A DNA stretch of 64,000 nt. Source: Fimbriosthenelais zetlandica. Taxonomy: Eukaryota. The stretch spans positions 8,990,001-9,054,000 of the forward strand of contig OZ365111.1 of assembly GCA_977030845.1 (NCBI GenBank). The letters are read 5' to 3'. A model generated the notes under the pieces. The model made no database searches, was not told the origin of the DNA, and saw nothing but the letters and a program-made list of their open reading frames with translations. Of the stretch, positions 49,913 to 58,343 are shown piece by piece (positions within the stretch are counted from its first letter, which is position 1; the number at the start of each line of letters is the position of its first letter). Made by a program: the position numbers and the translations under genes.

Positions 49913-52900
49913 TCAGACATTAGTGTCATCTTCAAGATCTACTGGATTTTCTATTCCCTGTAAACGGCCAGCACCGAAATCATTAAAAGATTCCGGTTCA
50001 GGAAACAATACCCCAAACCCATCCTCGGGCATTACATGACCTCTTAAGGTCGCCAGAGGTCTGGTGGGCATCGCATAAAGCACCCGGTCCCACAGCCACC
50101 GGCTATTCCTCTCAATATATGTATTAGTTTTAAGATAACTTTTCATCTCCTCATCTAACTCATCCTCATTCACATCGTCAGACTTTATAATGATGAGGTA
50201 CATACTCCGGTCGTTCATAACTCGGTGATGACCTTCCTTAAATTCTTCTTTGCACCATTCACTATTGACATAATGGTTCGTCAGAACCACTATCATACGT
50301 CTACTGTATTTGACACATCTGCTGATATTTTCAAGGATCGATTCTGAAGGGAGGAAGTCTTTATCCGCAATACATAAACGATGTGGGTGTTCCCTTGTCT
50401 CAATGTTAGGAAGTAATGTTTCTAGCACCCAATCAGAATCAAGGCTGCTGTATGATACAAACGCGTCATACAATTTGTCTTCAATGTCGTCATCATCGCG
50501 CCGGTCGAATGGATGCCATTTGAATCGGGAGAATAGGAAAATTTTCGTTTCAGTTCTGTACTTGTAGATAATAATCATTATGATTGGAATCACAATTGCC
50601 AGAACGCCAACAAAAATGGCAATTTTCTCAGTCTTAGTCAGTTCACAAACAAGATGGCTGTCTTGTAGTTTCAATAGCAGTTTCCCTTTAAGCTTCCTGT
50701 CGGTGCATTTCACATTGCCTATATCTAACACATGATCTTGGTTAGTTTTTAACCATTTCGCAAGCCATTTAGCATGACAATCGCAATGGAAAAAGTTCCC
50801 TCCGATAGATGTAGACTTAATATTTAATGTCGCGAAATATTCAGGCAGTGTTGATAGTTCATTTGAATGTAAATGCAAAACGGAGAGGTTCCACTTTACT
50901 GACTCCTGAGGATAGGATTTTGGCAAATCTTTAATTTTATTCCTGCTCATGTCAATTACTTCAAGATGTGAATACTTTGTATATTGGAAAAGTGAGTCAA
51001 CAGAGGAGATGGCATTATTGCTTAGATTCACACTATAGACATTGTCCGGGAGAATATCAGGTATTGATGTCAAGTTGAGGAAGGTGCAGTTGACAAATGT
51101 TAATTGATTGAAACCTATTTTGAAACAGTTACAATACTTAGGACAATCCTTTACATTTAATGTACATAGGAAGTCCTCTCTAGGAATAGATAGTATAGGC
51201 TTTCCTACCAATCTCTCAGGTTCAGCGCATCTCCAAGATATAAAGCGATTAATTTTTACTTTGTACATTATAGATTTCAAATATCTGTACATGGGATATA
51301 TATCGCAATCACAACTGATGGGATTATCAGTAAAATCTAAATTAATTTTCTTTATCATTAAAAAGAATATATCCAGGTTATTGCTTACAAGAGAGAAGTT
51401 GAGATTGGCAATATTGTTCAGGGCAAGTTTGATGCTAATTTTTCGCGAGCCCTCTTGTGCTTCACTTACTATACCTTGTATATCATGCAGCTGTTCTACA
51501 ATTGCATGGTACGTGATATTATTACCTGAAAGATCAATAAAATTTTCCGAAAATGACAACTGACAAAGCCATAGTGGTAGCTTAACAAATCCATTGTGTC
51601 TGGCATAAATCTTGATAGGGGGTCCGAAGCGTTGCTTTGTGGTCTCATACATGTCCTCACCGGAAAAGTTATTCCTTGAAATGTCGAGAACGCCAAGATG
51701 CTTCATCTGATAGATGAACTGCTTGTTTATTTGAAGTAATTGATTTGAATGAAGATCCAAGTAGAGAAGATCTGAGAGCCATTTGAACTCTTCCTCTGAT
51801 ATAAAACGTAATCTATTATATGCCAGTGATAAATATCGCAATGAACGTAAACCCTGAAATGTGTCTTTCTCAATTTTACTCAGGAGGTTGTGATCAAGAT
51901 GTAGTCTTTCCATTCTACCAGAGCCTTCGAAGGTTCCCCGAGCAATGGAGCTCAAACTGGTGGAAGTGCTTACCAGCTGCAGGACATAATTTGGTATCAT
52001 ACATTTAGTCATAGTGTTCATTTTCACATTGTTTATTGAAAATAATTTAAATGTCTTTGTACTGTATGATTCCAAATTAGGAAAGCCACCTTCAAAAATG
52101 ACATTATCAACGACTAAAGTGTCCATATTGGGAATCCTTGTGACCATATATTCCCATAGAGCTGGTGTAATGGTTAAATTGATGAGGGATAGTTGGTTAA
52201 CGGTTGGCCAGTTGTGAGTCAGGATTTCCTCCAAGGGACTTCCTCCACATTCTACTTTCCCTTTGATCATGAGCTCATTGGCTACTATAAGCATACTCTC
52301 TTCCATATAGTCTTTCAACGGAAGTCTGAAGGAGAAGCAGGGATCAGTTAGTGACACATTAGTGGGATGTAATATATTGGATAATGACTGCGAGTCCTTT
52401 TCTAATTTTAATCCAGTGCTGAGATTTCCATGTTGGTAGGGACAGTCAAAGAAAAGCATAATCGACCTGGGTGTCAAAATATCCAGCCATGTTTTTAGAC
52501 TATCCAGATTGATTTTTTGAACACCATGCAAGCTGAATATCCCAGTGTCTGGCAACTGTAAAGGTCTTCTTCCCACAAAGGGCAAAAATACTATGTCCTG
52601 AAGGGGAGCTCTCCGTGATATGAGAATGGCTATACTTTGATTTGTGTAGGTTGGTGGTATTTCTTGGATGACGTCCCTCAAGTCTACAGTACAAGAAAGT
52701 TCCAGACTGGACTCGTTGCTCGCTGGATACATGACAGCGTAATGAAATGTTGACCGAAATGTTTTAAAATGTCTTTGTTGAAAATTCAAAATATATGAAA
52801 ACCTTTCATTTAAAATCGAGGTTTGGGACATATGAATGGAACATTTTTGTAATTTATCCGTGTTGTTTCGTAAACCATTTGCAATACAGTTTAGCAACAA

Positions 52901-52966
52901 AAACACAGAAACGCCTATTCCTAAAATATGTGAATGCTGCATATTGCTGGCAAAGGATACTTTCAT
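49913..52966 (-). CDS. Toll-like receptor, multiple-cysteine-cluster (protostome-type), 1017 aa, intronless CDS
   Basis: Hydrophobic signal region, then LRRs (LHLDHNLLSKI, LSLAYNRLRFI, LDLHSNQL) and LRRCT NPISCDC...C...C. An internal LRRNT (CPKYCNC...VNC) is followed by further LRRs and a second LRRCT (NFFHCDC). The TM segment is IAIFVGVLAIVIPIIMIIIY. The TIR domain has YDAFVSY, RLCIADKDFLPS and SEWCKEEF. Confidence 0.96.
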   Translation of the reverse strand: MKVSFASNMQHSHILGIGVSVFLLLNCIANGLRNNTDKLQKCSIHMSQTSILNERFSYILNFQQRHFKTFRSTFHYAVMYPASNESSLELSCTVDLRDVIQEIPPTYTNQSIAILISRRAPLQDIVFLPFVGRRPLQLPDTGIFSLHGVQKINLDSLKTWLDILTPRSIMLFFDCPYQHGNLSTGLKLEKDSQSLSNILHPTNVSLTDPCFSFRLPLKDYMEESMLIVANELMIKGKVECGGSPLEEILTHNWPTVNQLSLINLTITPALWEYMVTRIPNMDTLVVDNVIFEGGFPNLESYSTKTFKLFSINNVKMNTMTKCMIPNYVLQLVSTSTSLSSIARGTFEGSGRMERLHLDHNLLSKIEKDTFQGLRSLRYLSLAYNRLRFISEEEFKWLSDLLYLDLHSNQLLQINKQFIYQMKHLGVLDISRNNFSGEDMYETTKQRFGPPIKIYARHNGFVKLPLWLCQLSFSENFIDLSGNNITYHAIVEQLHDIQGIVSEAQEGSRKISIKLALNNIANLNFSLVSNNLDIFFLMIKKINLDFTDNPISCDCDIYPMYRYLKSIMYKVKINRFISWRCAEPERLVGKPILSIPREDFLCTLNVKDCPKYCNCFKIGFNQLTFVNCTFLNLTSIPDILPDNVYSVNLSNNAISSVDSLFQYTKYSHLEVIDMSRNKIKDLPKSYPQESVKWNLSVLHLHSNELSTLPEYFATLNIKSTSIGGNFFHCDCHAKWLAKWLKTNQDHVLDIGNVKCTDRKLKGKLLLKLQDSHLVCELTKTEKIAIFVGVLAIVIPIIMIIIYKYRTETKIFLFSRFKWHPFDRRDDDDIEDKLYDAFVSYSSLDSDWVLETLLPNIETREHPHRLCIADKDFLPSESILENISRCVKYSRRMIVVLTNHYVNSEWCKEEFKEGHHRVMNDRSMYLIIIKSDDVNEDELDEEMKSYLKTNTYIERNSRWLWDRVLYAMPTRPLATLRGHVMPEDGFGVLFPEPESFNDFGAGRLQGIENPVDLEDDTNV

Positions 52967-53949
52967 CTGGAACTATACTCGTTGGTTCTATCGAATGACT
53001 GTTATCTTCTCCCAAGTATTCTATAATACAAATATGCCCCTCATTATATACCAGGTTCACACGTTATGTTGCCATGACATCCATTAATTTTACCATAATC
53101 ACCCTTGTCATTGGTTTATCATCAAGTGGAACCAGCTTTTATAAACCAACATATAATCAACTTGTCTTCTCTCGCTTGGCACGTGGTCCACGTGTCCTAC
53201 CCTTCTTCAAACAAATCTTGCTGCTTCTTTTCATATTATTATTTTTTTAACATCTATTTTTATTCAGGAGGTCCATAAGTACAGAGAGTATAAAGAATGA
53301 GAAAATAATATTAATTGTTACAATGATATGGCTCTAGCAACATCAGGGTGGTAGCCCTGGTCTCCCTGTTGCTTCCTGACCGAAATATAAATACATGATT
53401 ACAAATTGACAGCGCAGCGTCGGGTATTTAATTTAAGTTTCTATATGATCTAAGTTGGCCTAACAATAAAAGAACTTTAAAGTAAATTGTGAAGGAAACA
53501 TATGTACATTATATACAAATATATACACATCATTTACATATTATTTACATTATTTTTTAAATAAGGATAGTAATATTATTATGTCTCTGCCATTCCACAG
53601 CAGCAAGCATGACAAGCACAAATTCTACCTATAGCTTTGATTGTGACGTTATTTCTAATAAAAAAAATCTAATACAAAATTTACAAAATAGAAGTTTATT
53701 CGGAATAGAATTCTCAAATAATGTTTTTTATTGGAATCATTTGACATGTCATTGTCATTGAGATATCAAGTTTGACTTACAATATTTGTTAAGGTATCAT
53801 GATATACATTAAAATGAGGATAGTAATATTTATTATACATTTGATATTATCATTCAACTCTATTGAAATGGAAAGACAATTAGTATAGGCCTTAAACACT
53901 TTAGCAGATAAATAGATTTCATGACTTCTGTATAGCTGAGGTTGCATCA

Positions 53950-55395
53950 TTATGACTCATTGTAACCTAAGGTTATCATATCATACAGACGTGAAGGGAT
54001 GGGCAGTGATTTGCCTTTGAAAATGACATTATCTTTTATACAGCTCCTCACAGTTATCACACACAGGTTGCTCAATGTTCTAGGACTACTGCATATCATT
54101 TTCAACTCATTCAAAATGTCTTCATTCTCTTCTACATTGAGGTTATTGAGAGTTTTTGGTTGAAACCCTGTCCAGTACATCTTCAAGGCCAATTCTCTCT
54201 TCCCTCGCTTGATCATTTGCTCAAAAAGGATATCTTGTCTGAGTTTCACGTCATCATTCGTTATCATACCACAGTGACCGGAAGCATGAATGCACAAAGA
54301 GATAATTGGATGGCCAACCTGCAGCCTCATGAATCTCATGCGAAGGGTCTCATCCAGACAAAATTCAACGAATCTTTCATCCACTGATAAACCATATTCT
54401 TCAAGCATACATTTTGCAAAAGCTATACGGTCGAGGTCATCCCTCCTAGCCGCATTTGTTTTCTTCTCCACTACTTTACATGAAGAAGGAGCCATGTTTA
54501 TGTTCCAATAAGGATGTAACATGGCAAATTCAATGGCTTCAGGAGCCATTGCATCCTTGAGGACTTCACTTCCAAAATGCTTCACTAAATTCCGGAAACA
54601 GGTCCAACAATCCCGGTGGATGGCCAGAATTATAGGAGACACAGATTCCTCTTTGGACAGAAGGATATTCTCAGACTCCATCCTGAGGATCATTTGCAGT
54701 GCCAAATCACACTTGTCAGTGTAGACTGCCCAGGACAGAGCCGAATGTCCATTGGTGTCAATGGTACGAAAACCAAGGCTGCGAGCCACAATGACAGAGG
54801 CGACATGTTGATGACGATCCCTCACAGCTGAGACCCTGATGAGCAGGGTGAGACCAAACCTGTCTTTGATGTCAGGGTTAGCGCCATAGTCCAACAGTAA
54901 CTGAACAATGCAAGCATCGTCATTATCTGCTGCTAGCCTTAGTGGAGTAGGCATCGATGTTTCAAGCCCCGTGCATATTCCCCCATTAGGATCAGCTCCA
55001 TTCGATAATAAAGTTTTCACTAGTTCAGATTGGTTACCTAAACAGGCAAGATGCAAAGGAGTGAGACCTGCAGCATTCTTGACATTCATATCAGCACCTT
55101 GGCTGACGAGCATTTGCAAGGCCTCTGTATCTTTCTCACTGATAGCTAGGTGTATAGGGTAATCCCCACATCTCTCTGGCTGATTGATGCCAAACTTGTG
55201 GTCAGTCAGGTTTTTCAAGGCTTCATGGTACTTGTGTCTGATGGAAATGTTGAGGGCCGTGTCTCCTGATGGAGTGAGCAGATGACGCGTGTCTGATGAC
55301 GATGGCTGAGCAGCTCCCATAGAAGGTCGTGTATCGCATGGCATCCTATTCCCCATGTTCTTCGTTTGGCTAATGGGGGAAGGTATATAATACAT
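53950..55395 (-). CDS. Ankyrin repeat and SOCS box (ASB-like) protein, 481 aa (468 aa if it starts at 55356)
   Basis: About six ankyrin repeats (GDYPIHLA, GLTPLHLAC...LLSNGADPN, TPLRLAA...LLDYGANPD, GHSALSWA). The C-terminal SOCS box has a BC box PRTLSNLCVITVRSCI and a Cul5 box LPIPSRL. Confidence 0.93.
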   Translation of the reverse strand: MYYIPSPISQTKNMGNRMPCDTRPSMGAAQPSSSDTRHLLTPSGDTALNISIRHKYHEALKNLTDHKFGINQPERCGDYPIHLAISEKDTEALQMLVSQGADMNVKNAAGLTPLHLACLGNQSELVKTLLSNGADPNGGICTGLETSMPTPLRLAADNDDACIVQLLLDYGANPDIKDRFGLTLLIRVSAVRDRHQHVASVIVARSLGFRTIDTNGHSALSWAVYTDKCDLALQMILRMESENILLSKEESVSPIILAIHRDCWTCFRNLVKHFGSEVLKDAMAPEAIEFAMLHPYWNINMAPSSCKVVEKKTNAARRDDLDRIAFAKCMLEEYGLSVDERFVEFCLDETLRMRFMRLQVGHPIISLCIHASGHCGMITNDDVKLRQDILFEQMIKRGKRELALKMYWTGFQPKTLNNLNVEENEDILNELKMICSSPRTLSNLCVITVRSCIKDNVIFKGKSLPIPSRLYDMITLGYNES

Positions 55396-56884
55396 ATTAA
55401 TAACGTCTATAGAAGGAAAGTCTTATACCCATTTATCTTAATTATAATTAATTGTATTGGATTATAAGAAAGATAGCCATGGAATTCTTTCACTTTAGAT
55501 TTAATAATATATGATTCAATTTAACCGGACTTGTTTGCAGTGTACATGTATTCCATATCTGCATTGAATATCAATTTTTATAATGGGAAAATACAGAACA
55601 GTAGACTCAAAAGTCAAGTATCATTACAAAACAACACACAAGACTATATTAAATAATTGGATTAATTACACTAACCTTAAGGTCTACAGTAGACCTATTA
55701 ATATCCTATTAGGGATAAATCAGATGCCAACTTTGGTTTATGACTAATTATTGCTTTTTGCTGAGTGTTATTAGTCCTTAAGATGATGTCTTCGATAAGG
55801 CTAAATAATGTCCTTGGTATGTTGAGTAATAAGAGCACAATATGGTCACTGGACTCCATTATACGTTACGAACTTCGAAGGATCCATATAAGATTTATTC
55901 CAAGCAGTTATAGAGGTCATGATGAAATGTGACGGACCTCAACTATGTGACAGAATTCAGGCATGTGTCCCTGCTGGTATTGATGGGTTGGATATAAGGT
56001 TAAAAGAAATCTAAATTTAACGTCTATGGTATATATAGGCTGACAATATTGCACCACTACCGGGTTTCCCCAATGTTATTGGTTGTGAAATCTCCACCAC
56101 AGGCCAGTGATGACTCATTCATCCCATTGAGGGAGGTGTGCTAAACCACCATCGATCTGTGATGGAAATTGCCTGAGCTTGGCGCAGGCATCGCTATTCT
56201 CGTATCTCGTATATATATCAAACATCGCCAATGCTACCCCAAAATAAATCTCACTTAGCCATTGCAATTATTGACATTTATTAGAAAAATATTTACAATG
56301 TTAGCTGATAGCAACATCTTTCAAGAGGAGACAGAGACCAAAGTCAGAGACAGGGAAGTTTTTTCAATACATGTGAGAGAAATTATTAGCTAAGTATAAG
56401 ACTGTACATGTAGAAAAAGATCTCCAATTAATAACGACATAATAATAGATATTTTTCACCTTTTGTGATTATGGAAATTTGTAATTACTATAATATATAG
56501 AGATCATGATCAACTGGGTGCTGACATATAATTTATGTAGACAAAATAATAATAGTAGGAGTGTAGCTACCAGAGTGACATTTACAAGCTATATTCATCT
56601 GGTGATAGTTATAATTATGCACTGGAGTAATCAATATAAAGGTCCATTAAATAACTAAATGTATATTAAAGAGGTCCGACTGCATATGCAAATAGCCTAT
56701 ATAAGATTCTAAACCAGATTCTGATGGATTCTCTCACAAATCTGCCAAATATAATTTTCTAGTAATTAAATAATGATGAGAAAATAAGTATCAGATAATA
56801 TTGTCGGAAAGTATTAATTATGAAACCAATGTGTCCAGACCAATGTGTCTGGTTTCTTAAGAAAAATTGGCTCAGTTTGTCCTT

Positions 56885-56995
56885 GAAAGTGCAGCTATAC
56901 CTCACGAAGGTGCAGCCATGTGTGAGAAAAATGCTTTGAATTCGGGTCCCATACCTCGCGAAAGTGCAGTCATGTGCAAGAAAATGCTTCGTGTG
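56885..56995. repeat. 54-bp tandem duplication in the presumed 3' UTR of the cystine-knot gene
   Basis: ATACCTC(A/G)CGAA(G/A)GTGCAG(C/T)CATGTG...AAAATGCTT starts at 56897 and 56951, with a partial copy at 56885. Confidence 0.8.
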
Positions 56996-57062
56996 AATCA
57001 ATTTGGGACTTAATGGAGTAGATCATAATAGGAGGTGTTTGTAGATGAACTTATTAAGATGA

Positions 57063-58343
57063 CTAACGACAACCGCAATCACCTACAACATTCATTATTA
57101 CATTATCCATCCATACCCTGTAATCAGAATCCTTTCCCTCAACTTCTAAATTATCAACATCTAATAACATCTCTGTGGGGTTATTCAATGCGTAACCAAG
57201 GATTATATTTAATTGGACTACAGCCGAGATGGTGTTCGATAATCCCAAAATTTCATCTTGCTTTATAATTGAAAAAGTATCTTTTTTGGGAGGATGAGAT
57301 CGAACACATTCTGTTGTTATCATCTTCTCTGGTATATTCTCCACCTCTTCCAGATCTGCGGCTTTGGTCATGCTAAGATTTCCATTGATGGCTCCACCAT
57401 TTATCATATTAGCCATATGTTGAATTATTTCCTTTGCAGACCAACATACAACTTGAATAGTCACCTTTCTATAATTGATAGGGGAGCAACATCTGCAGCC
57501 AATTCTGGTCAACCTGGAAGGCAGAGGAAGTGCCATTAACATTTATTATTACTTTCGATGGCATAACTATCACTTTTGTTAAAAATATTATTAAAAACAG
57601 TTTGCTGTTATCATTCGATCATTGGCCAGTCCCTGTTCCATTAACAGGTCATGGGGGAATGGGACATTAAGATTTTTCCCACGAAAAGAAACAAAGTTAA
57701 GTATATATAAAATAATATAGTATTAATGATTAAAGTCGTGTTTTTAGATGATTAATAAACACTTACCTGCCAGAGGCTGTGCGAGATGGATCGTCATGGC
57801 AACATCCTGAGCAATAGGGTAGATCTACTGGACGAATTGTGCGGCAAAAGGTCGCACTGCCAGATAGCCAGAGGTACAGATGTCCTATGTTAGGCCTTTT
57901 CTGACAGGTGCCATCATCTGTTAAAAGAAAAGAAAAGAAAGTAATTATTATTTGGTGGAAGTAGAGAGAAAACGTTCTCATTCTCTGCCCATAGAAATGC
58001 CATATAGACCTCCTGCTTTGCATTATAGATGGAAAGCGTCTGGAGTGGTATCAAATACATTGAAATCCTTATCATAAATACAATACACATCATATAGATT
58101 TTAATTTCTAAATTAATCATGTTCAAAAGAGAAGGTCTATTCAAATGTGATAAAACACTATAAATCCCACAGATTAAGAGAGAAACCAAATTCTTCGTTG
58201 GTGAAAATTCAGAACTTACGTAATCTAGTTTCCATGGATCCAGTAGGTCTATCATCTGAGTCTCCAGGTATATGCGCATGACAGAATGAGAAAGCATTCA
58301 TGACAATGGACAAGAGTAGAAACAGACAGATCTCTCCCTTCAT
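57063..58343 (-). CDS. Secreted cystine-knot (CTCK; Norrin/bursicon/DAN-like) protein with a large finger-2 insertion, 241 aa, 3 exons
   Basis: Exons are 58343-58220 (TAC|GTAAGT), 57917-57767 (TTTTAACAG acceptor, CAG|GTAAGT) and 57513-57063 (CCTTCCAG acceptor); phases 1 and 2 join in frame. The protein reads MKGEICLFLLLSIVMNAFSFCHA (signal peptide) ...GTCQKRPN...ATFCRTIRPVDLPYCSGCCHDDPSRTASGRLTRIGCRCCSPINYRKVTIQVVC-[122 aa]-CGCR*. TATATAA lies at 58459-58465 upstream. Confidence 0.85.

Noticed and set aside
57063-57542. TGF-beta/BMP/GDNF ligand assignment suggested by CC...CGCR*
   Set aside because: There is no prodomain after the signal peptide and only a 16-aa heel. The extra C66/C115 pair and the C-x-CC-x13-C spacing fit the CTCK/Norrin/bursicon class better.
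57914-58297. 127-aa ORF in the track
   Set aside because: It is a different frame from the signal-peptide exon and runs through intron 1.
57063-58343. Spaetzle or neurotrophin identity for the knot protein next to the TLR
   Set aside because: Spaetzle/NGF knots lack the CxGxC and CxCC motifs and have a prodomain.
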